DNA of 64,000 bases from a virus (taxonomy: Duplodnaviria > Caudoviricetes), in IMG/VR virus record IMGVR_UViG_3300023119_000004. One strand, written 5' to 3'. Position 1 is the stretch's first letter. Every line of letters starts with the position of its first letter. Positions 37,585-47,733 of the stretch are shown here, piece after piece. The position numbers and the translations under genes were made by a program. The notes below the pieces were generated by a model, which worked only from the letters and a program-made list of their open reading frames with translations, searched no databases and was not told where the DNA came from.

Positions 37585-38001
37585 CTATTCACCTTTCTTT
37601 ACAAAGTTACCAGCATCGTCTTCAACCCACTCTGTACCAGTTTCTTCAGCCTCGGCATCAATATCTGCCATTTCTGCTTCTACTGAATTTGCAGGCGCTT
37701 CTTTCTTAACTGCTTCTACTTTAGGAGTAGGAGCCGCCGCTGGTGTTGATGTTGGAGTTGCTGTTTCTTTGCGAGGTGACTCATCTGGAACTGCTTGTGG
37801 ATGATCTCTATAATATTCGTCTAGAATATCATCACGACGCCTAATAATTTTACCACCTGGGCCTAATTCATCGCCACGTGCATTTACACGAGCATTTCCA
37901 ACCGCAGGAGTAAGTTCATTTTTTTGACGTAGTAAGTCCATGTCAACTTGCTTACCTTGCATTGACTTATAAACTTTACGTCCAGTTTGTTTCATCGCCA
38001 T
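37585..38001 (-). CDS. Phage hypothetical protein
   Basis: AVGN..VNARGD.LG.GGKII; GATAAATA (38027-38034) plus AAGGAG RBS. Confidence 0.75.
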   Translation of the reverse strand: MAMKQTGRKVYKSMQGKQVDMDLLRQKNELTPAVGNARVNARGDELGPGGKIIRRRDDILDEYYRDHPQAVPDESPRKETATPTSTPAAAPTPKVEAVKKEAPANSVEAEMADIDAEAEETGTEWVEDDAGNFVKKGE

Positions 38002-38029
38002 ATTATCTTCTCCTTAATTATGTACGTAT

Positions 38030-38587
38030 TTATCTTAGGAACTCACGCCAATCGAGGTCAAAGTGGATTGAGTCTACCCTATGAATTCCAATAATATATA
38101 GCACATAACTTGCTACACTTGATCCTCTTCCGACACCCCATACAATATTGTTTTCACGCATATAATCAACCAAATATACCAAATATTGTAATAATGGATA
38201 CATTCCTCTTTCAAAAAACTCAGTTAATTCTTCGGTAATACGTATCCATTCCTTTGTATCACGTAATGCTACTGGATCATCAATTTGTAATTTTTCCATT
38301 AATTTTGCTTCAAGCCATTTGTTTGGATTTAATTGTTTATACTCTTCTGGCATAAACCATTCGCTTTGACAAACATTATCAAATTCTTTTTGTTCTACAT
38401 CTAATGGAATATATTTTTGTAATGGATTCATACCTTGTTCTTCCATTACTTTATTAAACTTATCAATATCGTCACTAGGGTCGCAGAGAACTACATGACA
38501 CTTGTCAATGTTTCCTGTATAGATCATTTCTATCAGGTCACGATTAGAAAATCGTGGTATTCCTAGAGAATCAGTTTTCATAAGCAT
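38030..38587 (-). CDS. Short DnaE (Pol III alpha)-like fragment protein
   Basis: WGVGRGSSVASYVLY.IG.H..D...L...EFL matches the DnaE GRGS region; ends before the catalytic PDxD. Confidence 0.75.
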   Translation of the reverse strand: MLMKTDSLGIPRFSNRDLIEMIYTGNIDKCHVVLCDPSDDIDKFNKVMEEQGMNPLQKYIPLDVEQKEFDNVCQSEWFMPEEYKQLNPNKWLEAKLMEKLQIDDPVALRDTKEWIRITEELTEFFERGMYPLLQYLVYLVDYMRENNIVWGVGRGSSVASYVLYIIGIHRVDSIHFDLDWREFLR

Positions 38588-38594
38588 ATAGTAT

Positions 38595-38623
38595 ATTTTA
38601 ATCGATATTGATCAAATTGTCAA
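38595..38623 (-). promoter_or_regulatory. sigma70-type promoter, leaderless
   Basis: TTGACA-17-TAAAAT-7 nt-ATG. Confidence 0.7.
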
Positions 38624-38822
38624 GATCTTTATCAGGATTATTGATAGTTTGTTTTACCAATCTGTCTCGTTGTTCTAATTTTAAATGGTCAAGAATGATA
38701 GTGATTTGACGTTTTGCGTCAGGATTTCTAGTTTGGAAATATTTTTTAGTTAGTGTGCTGATGTTAGCATCTAGATCTGCATCCGATAGATTTTCGGCGT
38801 TATTAAATAGCGGATGATCCAT
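38598..38822 (-). CDS. Small hypothetical protein
   Basis: 74 aa; GAGG RBS. Confidence 0.65.
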   Translation of the reverse strand: MDHPLFNNAENLSDADLDANISTLTKKYFQTRNPDAKRQITIILDHLKLEQRDRLVKQTINNPDKDLDNLINID

Positions 38823-38832
38823 AAATTACCTC

Positions 38833-39396
38833 TTATGCAAACACGCCGACATATTGAGCATATACAGTTGTACCACCGTCATATGTCCAAAAGTCGACAA
38901 CTACTGGATTTTCGTTGCTGTTTACAACAAATGGTGCTGGGAAATCCGGTCCGTATTTAATTGAACCGTTATCAGTTGCCCAAGTTACTGTACGTGCAGT
39001 ACTATCACCTAGTGTATCTAGTAGTTGAATTCTAATTTTGCTTAGCCTATCTTCTGCAGGCCAATCTTGGAAAGTTAGTGTAACGTTATTACCAATAGTA
39101 AATGTTTGAAAATTACCATTATTGAAACTAATATTTTGAGGAGCAACAATAGTACCACCTGCGTAATGCTTTTCAGTATTACCAATTAAGTTAGCACCTG
39201 TTACGTCATTGCCAAGAAAGTTGTTTGTGGTGTTTAACTTTGCAGTATTTGTTTGTAGTTCTTCAATTTCGTTTTTTGCCGCAGTAAAGTTATTCTTAAT
39301 TGTGTTAAAATTATTTCTAAACCCCTGCGAATCATTATCCTGTCCTGCAACAGGAAATTGTGCATCAATACTTGTATTATCAATATTACTTGGCAT
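38833..39396 (-). CDS. Putative baseplate/tail protein
   Basis: Asn/Thr-rich, coiled N-terminus; GATAAATA at 39420-39427. Confidence 0.6.
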   Translation of the reverse strand: MPSNIDNTSIDAQFPVAGQDNDSQGFRNNFNTIKNNFTAAKNEIEELQTNTAKLNTTNNFLGNDVTGANLIGNTEKHYAGGTIVAPQNISFNNGNFQTFTIGNNVTLTFQDWPAEDRLSKIRIQLLDTLGDSTARTVTWATDNGSIKYGPDFPAPFVVNSNENPVVVDFWTYDGGTTVYAQYVGVFA

Positions 39397-39430
39397 ATTA
39401 GTTCCTCTCTAACTTAATATATTTATCAGA

Positions 39431-42400
39431 TTACACATTATATCTGTAATTTCCGAAAGCGATATACTGCTCATTACTGTTGTTTTCAGTAGCATCGATA
39501 ATATATCTGTCAATTTCGAAGTCTATTTGTTTAAAATCAAACCCGCTATTCTGAATATTTAACAGTATTTGCTGGCTTGTCCCTGGCTTACAATAACACA
39601 ATGGAACAGCAGTAACATACCCTAGTTCTTGTACACCGTCACCCTGTGCAGTTGCCATCCATAACGGTAAGAAACTTGCTTCTGTAATACCCACCTGACT
39701 AATATTTTCACGCATATTGTCAACACTACTTAAAAAGCGTGTGTTGTCATTTGGATCACTAATTATTACAGCATCGCTGTCTACTTTAAGTGTATTATAG
39801 TCAGGTCTAAATCTAAATGGATCACTGCTTGTAGTAGCAATTTGACCTACATTTAATTCTTGCCCATTTCTTAGTGTTACTTGAATGCTTCCATTAGCAT
39901 CATATACAACAGTACCGGCTCTTGTAATAATTTCCAAGTCATTACCTAATGCTCTAACTTGAATAAGTTGACCAATACTATTTCTAATTTCAAATACTGC
40001 TAGACCAGCACCTTCTTTAGTTACATCGTCTCTTGTTTCTAATTCAATGCTATCAACAGTAATTTTATCTTTGTTGGCTATGCTAATTTTTGATCTTAAT
40101 TTGTTTTCATTTTCTATGTTCTTTAACGGATCAATTACATCAACATAAATTACTTCATATAATGTGTCGGTACTACCGATGTTTTTAGCAACAGCAGTTC
40201 TTAAAGCACCAAACTTAAATCTTTTTCTCTTATGATTCTTTCTACTTGCAGAAATATATTCTCTAATGTTTCTTGTTTCAATACCTGCATATACTAACAT
40301 TTTAATATCTTTTTGTAAACCAAATTGTGAGTCGTTTGGTCTGTAGATCGACCCTGGTAAAAAGATATTACTGTCACCGATAAAGTTTTTGTAAATTTGT
40401 CTTTGTGTTTCTTTTAAGAATGGTTTTACATATAAATTTGAATATGTAATATTATCTGGATCTGTTACAACAATATTAAATGTTTTCTTTGTAGCACTAA
40501 AGCCAAATCTGTCTCTTGCTTCGATAGTAAATGTAAACTTACGATCAATAGTCGAAGTACCGCCATCAAGTGTAAACAAGTTTTTATCAATTGTTGTCAA
40601 ACCTAAGTTACCGTCATTAGCAAACTGTCTTACTTTACCAACAATTTCGCCGTTAAGATTAATTGATAATCCCGGCGGAAGTCTACCTTCTGTCAAGTTG
40701 TATAATAGTGTTGCATTAGGTACGTTAGTTACAGCATTAACAGAGAATGTACTTGTAAAGTTTGCTTGAATAGTTCCTAAGTCTTCGACTGTAGTCCATT
40801 GGATAGTACTTTCAACTTCACCTAGTATTTTTACTGTAAATGTTTTTTTCTTTTCTGCTAAAATATCACTACCGATATCTGTATATCTAATAGCGTTTAC
40901 TGTAAACTTATATTCTTTTGTAATTGCTGGTTGATAAGGAATTCTACCTGCAACTTCTCCACTAATAGCATCGATGCTCATTCCTGGAGGAAGTATACTA
41001 GGACTTCCGTCATCATTAAGTGCTTCTAAATTGTATTGTAATTCGCCTAAAATTGTTTGTGGGTCAAATACTTCTAAGTAAATTGTAATATAATTGTTTG
41101 CTCTTTTGTATCCAAGATCTGCTGGTGTTAACCATACAGGTGCTCTAAGATACGTGTTATCAGCAGTGAATATTCCTGTACCTACTTGCATTACTGTGTT
41201 GTCTGATCTTAAGAAATCATCACCTACAACATAAATTTGGAAGGTACGTTTTTCAATAGTGTCACCGTCGCTTACACTTACTTTAAATTCATAATAACGA
41301 TTTAGTTTTTTACGACTTTGTGTTGCAATAGCATAATCATAACCTTGTGTGTCATAGTAGTAACTTTCAAAACCATTAGCACTTCTTAAACCAAAGTCAA
41401 ATGCATAAGCGTCAAACTGTGTTGTATCATAAAAGCCTTGTCCTGCATTTTTATCTAATGCTAAAATAGGATCGATAATACCTACAAGTCTACCGTCAAC
41501 TGTTAACTGTGTTCCTGGAGGTAATTCGCCGTCGCCGTCTGCTACATAATATTCTAAAGTGTCGCCTGCTGGTAAATCAGGATCAATTGCCGCAAGTTGA
41601 AAATCAATAATACTAGAATCTAAAACATAGAAACTGTTATTAGTACCAATAGGAAGTAGTCCTTCGTTCGTTGACCATACCGGTTCATCTGGACCTTGTA
41701 CTTCAATAATGAATGTTCTATCTCTAATACCGTCCTCATTAGTTGCTCGTAGAACAAACTCAAACTCAGTATTTCTAGCAACTTCAAATGGAGTACCAAT
41801 AATTTGACTGCTTGACAATCTCATTCCATCTGGTAATTTACCACTAATAAGTGTAATAACATCTGTGTTAAGTGTAATTGATGTTGCTGATCCAACATCT
41901 AAGTATACATCTTGTAAGTTATCTTGTGTATAAAGTAAAAAGTTAGAAACAATAGTTTTTTCAAAATCTTCAATAGTGTGTGTAGTACCTGTTTTATAAT
42001 GTAGTACTTGCCCTGACAAATATGAGTAATAATATGTTTGGAAAGCACCATAAAAGATACCGCCAACATCAGGAATTACATTTCCGTTATATCCTTGTGA
42101 TTTTGCCCAATAAAAGGTATTGTCTTGTGCTGGATAATAGTTATATCCGTCGGATGAAATTCCACCATTATAATCTATTGTTGTATCATTAATACCGTTA
42201 ATAGTTAAAATTCTTCTTCCTAAGATAGGTGAAGTTACAGTATCATAATTGGCATCGTTTAAACCAGTTGATAGATATGAACTTGGTTTATAAAACGTGT
42301 TAGTTCTAAACTGTGGATCAAAGAGTGCAGTTTTTACAAATACAAAAGTATCTACTGAACTATCGTCAATTTCAATTAATGCTCGTTGTGCTAAAGCACC

Positions 42401-42919
42401 ACCGTTGCCTACACCTAAGATTCTAATTTTAGTAGAGTCAACGTTTGAATAATTTTTTAGGTTAACAATTAATTCTTCAAGAAACTGTATATCAGGATGT
42501 TTGCTTTCAACAGCAATATTCCAATCTTGGTTAATACCTGTTGGAGCAATAAGAATATGATCACCTAAATAGTTTTGCCAGTCAGCAATCATGTTACTAC
42601 CACTACCGCCATTATCGTGTAGCAGTATACAAACCGGAACAAGTTTATTGTTTAGTGCCGGAATTGACGGAATTCTAATACTAATATTATCATACACGTG
42701 ATCAGTTACAGGATCATTTGGTGTATTAATTGTAATAGTTAAATCTGTTGTGTTAGTTACTTTAGGTACAGGATCTAAACTTAATGCACCTGTGCTAGGG
42801 TTAAAACCGCCACCTGCTTGTGTGGAAGGATCGAGCGGTAAGTCAATTGTAGTTGTTACCCTTTCTTGTAGGGTCGCTAACTTATATCCTGATTTTTGTG
42901 TCCAATTTGGTGCTGGCAT
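39431..42919 (-). CDS. Putative baseplate protein with Ig-like repeats and an inserted degenerate alpha/beta-hydrolase domain
   Basis: Repeated (S/E)G.LPPG..L...G.I.G Ig-like motifs; LLHDNGG...ILGVGNGG...NG.ND...H insertion; GATAAATA at 42942-42949. Confidence 0.7.
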   Translation of the reverse strand: MPAPNWTQKSGYKLATLQERVTTTIDLPLDPSTQAGGGFNPSTGALSLDPVPKVTNTTDLTITINTPNDPVTDHVYDNISIRIPSIPALNNKLVPVCILLHDNGGSGSNMIADWQNYLGDHILIAPTGINQDWNIAVESKHPDIQFLEELIVNLKNYSNVDSTKIRILGVGNGGALAQRALIEIDDSSVDTFVFVKTALFDPQFRTNTFYKPSSYLSTGLNDANYDTVTSPILGRRILTINGINDTTIDYNGGISSDGYNYYPAQDNTFYWAKSQGYNGNVIPDVGGIFYGAFQTYYYSYLSGQVLHYKTGTTHTIEDFEKTIVSNFLLYTQDNLQDVYLDVGSATSITLNTDVITLISGKLPDGMRLSSSQIIGTPFEVARNTEFEFVLRATNEDGIRDRTFIIEVQGPDEPVWSTNEGLLPIGTNNSFYVLDSSIIDFQLAAIDPDLPAGDTLEYYVADGDGELPPGTQLTVDGRLVGIIDPILALDKNAGQGFYDTTQFDAYAFDFGLRSANGFESYYYDTQGYDYAIATQSRKKLNRYYEFKVSVSDGDTIEKRTFQIYVVGDDFLRSDNTVMQVGTGIFTADNTYLRAPVWLTPADLGYKRANNYITIYLEVFDPQTILGELQYNLEALNDDGSPSILPPGMSIDAISGEVAGRIPYQPAITKEYKFTVNAIRYTDIGSDILAEKKKTFTVKILGEVESTIQWTTVEDLGTIQANFTSTFSVNAVTNVPNATLLYNLTEGRLPPGLSINLNGEIVGKVRQFANDGNLGLTTIDKNLFTLDGGTSTIDRKFTFTIEARDRFGFSATKKTFNIVVTDPDNITYSNLYVKPFLKETQRQIYKNFIGDSNIFLPGSIYRPNDSQFGLQKDIKMLVYAGIETRNIREYISASRKNHKRKRFKFGALRTAVAKNIGSTDTLYEVIYVDVIDPLKNIENENKLRSKISIANKDKITVDSIELETRDDVTKEGAGLAVFEIRNSIGQLIQVRALGNDLEIITRAGTVVYDANGSIQVTLRNGQELNVGQIATTSSDPFRFRPDYNTLKVDSDAVIISDPNDNTRFLSSVDNMRENISQVGITEASFLPLWMATAQGDGVQELGYVTAVPLCYCKPGTSQQILLNIQNSGFDFKQIDFEIDRYIIDATENNSNEQYIAFGNYRYNV

Positions 42920-42963
42920 TATCTATCCTCTAACTTAGTAGTATTTATCGGATATTAATGTTA

Positions 42964-43842
42964 TTAAATTGAGCGTTGTTGTTTAGTTGATGGTCCTACA
43001 ATATAAGGATATACAGGCTGTAAACTAGCATTTACTGAAAGGTGATATGCATAAGTTCCATTTGGATATTCTGGAGTTTTTGCAAATCTACCATTATATT
43101 CATCTAGTGTTCCTGTACCAACTTGATACTCAAAGTCGTTTACAAATGTTCCGGCAGTTTTTTCTGCATATAAATATCCTCGGCCTGGGGGTTCACTTGA
43201 ATAAAATTGATATGAACTAGTCATTCTAGTAACAACTGATAACGGATCATTAAAATCTGAATAACCAAATGGACCGTAAATAGGATAACCGTCAAAACAG
43301 TAACCTAATATTTTACTGTGACCATCTGCGTGTCTAAAGTAATCACCACTAAAGTTTGTACCACTATAATATGTCGGAGTAGGTGTAGCAATAGTTGTAA
43401 TCATATTGTCATCCCATGCCGCACTTGCTTCTGAACTTCCTGTTGGTAGATTTAAAAACATACCAGACATATAATGATACTGTCCATTTGATTCAGGCCA
43501 GCCACCTGCATCATCACCACCGTAGTTTGATCTAAAGTTTACTGAGTTATATTCAAAACCTGTTCCAGGAGCATCGTCTTCAGCATCAAGACCCGGCGGA
43601 ACTTGACCAATACCTGCATTAGGAGCATAAAATACTACACCGTTATTAAAAACACCAATTGGAGATAGTGATGCAATTAACTGCGGATTGCTTGTATTTT
43701 CTCCACCTCTGTAAGTAAATGAAAAACTATAGTTTTGTGCTGTTGCTGTATTAGAACTTGGTGCAAATTGGTTTTGCCCAAATGGTTTTCCAAACTTTGC
43801 TGGATTAGGTAAACCGTTTGATGTAATTGTTAATGTTGCCAT
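42964..43842 (-). CDS. YHYH-domain protein
   Basis: G...NGV, GQYHY, HS.I.G..FDGYPIYG, LDE.NG...TPEYP.G.YAYH. Confidence 0.85.
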   Translation of the reverse strand: MATLTITSNGLPNPAKFGKPFGQNQFAPSSNTATAQNYSFSFTYRGGENTSNPQLIASLSPIGVFNNGVVFYAPNAGIGQVPPGLDAEDDAPGTGFEYNSVNFRSNYGGDDAGGWPESNGQYHYMSGMFLNLPTGSSEASAAWDDNMITTIATPTPTYYSGTNFSGDYFRHADGHSKILGYCFDGYPIYGPFGYSDFNDPLSVVTRMTSSYQFYSSEPPGRGYLYAEKTAGTFVNDFEYQVGTGTLDEYNGRFAKTPEYPNGTYAYHLSVNASLQPVYPYIVGPSTKQQRSI

Positions 43843-43850
43843 ATCTTATC

Positions 43851-44555
43851 CTATGCTAGTAACCCCGAATCAAATGTTCTATCATCTGGTAGTAACATTT
43901 GACCAAAATCAATATCTGTTTCGTATATTAACCAGTCACTTAGTCCTCTTACGTTGTTATCTAGTGTACCAAAATCAAAACCTGCTGTGTTTGGTTCAAT
44001 ACTACGAATGTCAATTCCATATACCAAACCGTTAACATTACCAGTTAGTACACCTTGTAAATTACTTGCTGTTAATGTATTTACATTAAAAATATCGTTA
44101 CCCGCGGCATCAAGGTTTGCACTTAATTCCGGAGATGAATCTGTTGAAAGTACAGTTGCTACATCAAAAATAACATCACTGCCAGCAACTCTAGTAGTTA
44201 CTCCAGTACCACCTGCAAGTCTAACGCTATCACCGTCAGCAAGTATAACACTTCCAGCATCTGATACAACAACTAATTGCTGTAATCCACCTGTAGCATT
44301 TACAGTAATACCTTGTGGTGAACTTGTTAACGAAACGTTTGAACCTGCAACTAATTTTTTAAGTTGAATTTCAGCACCAACTTTTTGTGAGAAAAGACCT
44401 TCCCCAATGTTTCCTACGTTGGTTACTGTAGTTGATTCCGGCGCTCTAAGATCTAGGTCATCAAAGTTTTGATTTACTTTAATAAACGCTTCACGGAGAT
44501 CGTCGCCAGTTCCGTCGTTTGCAAGTGTTCCAATGTTAATTGTTTGTAAAGCCAT
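43851..44555 (-). CDS. Baseplate/tail fibre protein (gp9/gp10-like N-terminus)
   Basis: IN.GT.ANDGTGD.LR.AF.K.N motif; GATAAATA at 44576-44583. Confidence 0.7.
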   Translation of the reverse strand: MALQTINIGTLANDGTGDDLREAFIKVNQNFDDLDLRAPESTTVTNVGNIGEGLFSQKVGAEIQLKKLVAGSNVSLTSSPQGITVNATGGLQQLVVVSDAGSVILADGDSVRLAGGTGVTTRVAGSDVIFDVATVLSTDSSPELSANLDAAGNDIFNVNTLTASNLQGVLTGNVNGLVYGIDIRSIEPNTAGFDFGTLDNNVRGLSDWLIYETDIDFGQMLLPDDRTFDSGLLA

Positions 44556-44584
44556 TATATCTACCTTCTATAGTGTATTTATCC

Positions 44585-46219
44585 TTATCCTTTAGTGAAG
44601 CCACTTGAACTTGTATACTTAATTTTATCAGGTGAATTTAAAGGAAAATATACTACCTTATTTGTACCACCATATAACCGTGGTGTAGTATTTGCGTACA
44701 CATAATCATCTGGACCACCTGTGTCATATAATTCTTCTTGGGCTATATTTTGTAACCAGTCTTTAAATTGTTGAGCAGTTGCACCTGGATTTGCCTGCAT
44801 ATACAAACAACAAATTCCTGCAATTTGAGGAGCCGCCATGCTAGTTCCACTAATTCTTGCAATATAGTGTGCATTGCTTTCCGGGTGTGGTTGTTTTGTG
44901 CTATAAGTTGATTGTGTACCTGTGGCACTTGTAATTTGTGTACCAGCGGCATTAATATCTAATCTTTCGCCACGTTCACTTGATTCTGCTAACATTTCTT
45001 CACCGCCAAAATCTGTATTATCAATGTTGCCAACCCATACAGTATCTAATGAATGTGGTGAACTAGGTCTATTATAATATATAGGGTTACCTGCTACAAT
45101 GTAGCCGGCCCATGATTCATTAAGTGTGTAATAACTGTTATAACGTGTACTACCATATTGTCCTGAAGCCTGGCCAGCACAAGGATGATATCCATTACCT
45201 GCGGCTTTAATGCAAATAACACCAGCATCAGTTAATTGTTCTTGTTCAACATCTGCTGGAAGATATTCCATAGGGTGCCTTGAACCTGTACACCCATATT
45301 GTGCAAATGTTGCCGAACTAAATGTTTGTGGTGCTATGTTTTGGTTAACTCCTCTAAACCAAATAGTTTGAATATTTGGAGGAGTAAAAAAATCTCCGTT
45401 ATTGTAGTACCAACTGTAGCCCCAACTTTGATTTACTACTGTAGGACGTTTATAACCTGTTTTAGGATCTACTGGTTTTTGTTCGTGGAATAATCTTATT
45501 AGATCGTATCTATCAGTATCTATTCTATAACCAGTTCCGCCAAAAATTCTCATGCTGTATATAGTTGCGTTCTTTGCCCAGCCATACGTTTTACCTGCGG
45601 CAATACCACAACAATGGCTACCATGTGCGCCACCTGGGTTTGAGTCGTTGGAACCTGGCGAATAAAAGTTCGCAGGCATTGATCCTGCTAATCCGGTTAG
45701 TTCATACCAATCAACTTGTTGGAATCGTGTATTACCGTCTGCATCTTCCCATTCAGGATGTCCTGTTGGGTCAACACCGTCGTCTTGAATAATTAAATCA
45801 ACGCCAGTTCCGTCCAGTGTATATGTATAGTCTGCATTATTTGTTGTTGAAGTATCGTCAACAGCGCCTAGGGATTTTTGAATATGTCTCCATAATCCCC
45901 AGTTAACACTATTTTGTGCATTGTTAGTTGATCTTTGAAAATTTCCTGTTTGTGTTGCATAAAGTTCTTGTGTTTCGTCTAGTGGTCTAGTTGATACAGA
46001 TAAAATTCTTGGGTCTGTTGAAAGTGTTTGTGCTTCTTCGTCAGTCAAATTGTAGTGTGTCATTCTGTTGTTAAATTGACGAGCATTTACTACATCAACT
46101 GATCTATCAGGTATTGCATCTGAAACAGAATCGTCCATTGAAGTATCACGTTGTAGGTCTGCATCTAACTCTGCAACGTCAACACCTTTTACAGTTACTA
46201 CAATATATTCTTTTTCCAT
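44585..46219 (-). CDS. S8 subtilisin-like peptidase
   Basis: IQDDG (Asp), HGSHC (His), AAGN, GTSMAAP (Ser); acidic prodomain. Confidence 0.9.
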   Translation of the reverse strand: MEKEYIVVTVKGVDVAELDADLQRDTSMDDSVSDAIPDRSVDVVNARQFNNRMTHYNLTDEEAQTLSTDPRILSVSTRPLDETQELYATQTGNFQRSTNNAQNSVNWGLWRHIQKSLGAVDDTSTTNNADYTYTLDGTGVDLIIQDDGVDPTGHPEWEDADGNTRFQQVDWYELTGLAGSMPANFYSPGSNDSNPGGAHGSHCCGIAAGKTYGWAKNATIYSMRIFGGTGYRIDTDRYDLIRLFHEQKPVDPKTGYKRPTVVNQSWGYSWYYNNGDFFTPPNIQTIWFRGVNQNIAPQTFSSATFAQYGCTGSRHPMEYLPADVEQEQLTDAGVICIKAAGNGYHPCAGQASGQYGSTRYNSYYTLNESWAGYIVAGNPIYYNRPSSPHSLDTVWVGNIDNTDFGGEEMLAESSERGERLDINAAGTQITSATGTQSTYSTKQPHPESNAHYIARISGTSMAAPQIAGICCLYMQANPGATAQQFKDWLQNIAQEELYDTGGPDDYVYANTTPRLYGGTNKVVYFPLNSPDKIKYTSSSGFTKG

Positions 46220-46227
46220 AATTTAAA

Positions 46228-47724
46228 TTAATCCTGTCTTAATGCTCTATGTCCTGCAAAAGGAAAATAAGCAATTCTATTCACACCGTTATATAAACTT
46301 CTTGTATTTGAGAAAAACGTAGACGCATTATTTTCGTCGGTATCACCTTGGAACATTAGGCCTTTAATACTACCTTGATTATGCCACCACTGTCTTGCTT
46401 GTGCTGGCGTCCACCCTGGGTTAAGTTGCATCAACAAACAAGTCATTCCACTAATTTGTGGTGTACTCATACTTGTTCCTGTATAGTTTGCTACGGCAGT
46501 CGGACTTGAATTATATGCACTAACAATATCAGTACCAGCAACCCACACATCAACCCTTGGACCTTTGTCGCTTGATGTTGCAGTTGCTTCTTCACCGTTA
46601 TATAATCCACTATCTAGATTACCACAAACAATAGTGTTTGGACCAATGTTGCCTGCACCTCTGTTATAGTAAATAGGACTTCCTGCTGTAATGCCGCCTG
46701 TTGTAATACTTCTAGTAATATAGTTGTTGTAATCGATGTCTCCAACGGAGCATAATTTTTGTCCTTGGTTACCTGCACTTTTTACATATATTACTCCAAC
46801 CTCTTCCATTTCTTCAACTTCAACATTTAGGTTATAAAGGTTAGCGTTAAATCTATTTGAAATATCTCCAATCATTCCATATTGTGATGATTTGACTGTG
46901 CCTACACTACTGCCTCTAAACACAATATCAGTTATGCTTGTAAAGTATGCTTTGTATCCCCAACTAGCACCAACTATGGTCGGACGCTTAACACCAGTAA
47001 TTGGGTCTGGTGTTTTTGCTTTGTGAAATTCTTTAATAGCATCAAACCAAGCACTTGAACTAATAGTGTTCATATCTAAGCAATAGATATTTGCATTCTT
47101 TGCCCAACCGTAATCTTTACCTACAGCCGTACCACAACAGTGGGTAGCATGATAACTTGATCCTGATATGTTGTCATAGTCCTGTGTTAACTCAGCACCC
47201 ATGTTTGGAAGTGTGTTCCATTGGAATCTTTGTAAACGACTATTACCGTCTTTATCTTCCCATTGTTCATGATCGTATCTAAATTTAGTTTCTTGGTGTA
47301 CATAATCAACACCAGTACCATCTAAATGGTAATCATAAGTTCCGCCAATATCACTAGTTACATTTGAGCCCCATGGATTGCTTTCATTTACGTGTCTAGT
47401 AAATGCCCAATTATCTCTAGTAGTGCTTGTACCATCTCTTTGGTTGTTTAATTCTTGTTGATAGTCTGCCCATTCATCGTCCCAAGTTAATGGTTCGTTT
47501 ACACCACCTACCCTTGGATCATTCATTAATGCTTCTGCTTCAGCATCAGATAATTCTACTTCAAAAATACGTTGACTTGACGGACGAGTATTTACATTAT
47601 CAACTTGTCTATCAGGAATAATATTACTATCAACCCAACTGTCGCTAGTTGTGTCTCTGTTTAGTTCGTCCATTATTTCTGATTTATCGTATCCTTTAAC
47701 TAAAGACACTACATAATGTTTCAT
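46228..47724 (-). CDS. S8 subtilisin-like peptidase with Glu at the catalytic Asp position
   Basis: VDYVHQET, HATHC, SAGN, GTSMSTP. Confidence 0.85.
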   Translation of the reverse strand: MKHYVVSLVKGYDKSEIMDELNRDTTSDSWVDSNIIPDRQVDNVNTRPSSQRIFEVELSDAEAEALMNDPRVGGVNEPLTWDDEWADYQQELNNQRDGTSTTRDNWAFTRHVNESNPWGSNVTSDIGGTYDYHLDGTGVDYVHQETKFRYDHEQWEDKDGNSRLQRFQWNTLPNMGAELTQDYDNISGSSYHATHCCGTAVGKDYGWAKNANIYCLDMNTISSSAWFDAIKEFHKAKTPDPITGVKRPTIVGASWGYKAYFTSITDIVFRGSSVGTVKSSQYGMIGDISNRFNANLYNLNVEVEEMEEVGVIYVKSAGNQGQKLCSVGDIDYNNYITRSITTGGITAGSPIYYNRGAGNIGPNTIVCGNLDSGLYNGEEATATSSDKGPRVDVWVAGTDIVSAYNSSPTAVANYTGTSMSTPQISGMTCLLMQLNPGWTPAQARQWWHNQGSIKGLMFQGDTDENNASTFFSNTRSLYNGVNRIAYFPFAGHRALRQD

Positions 47725-47733
47725 AGTTACTCC

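Noticed and set aside
38030-38587. dnaE pseudogene or frameshift interpretation
   Set aside because: Clean ORF with its own promoter; no catalytic continuation in other frames after the stop
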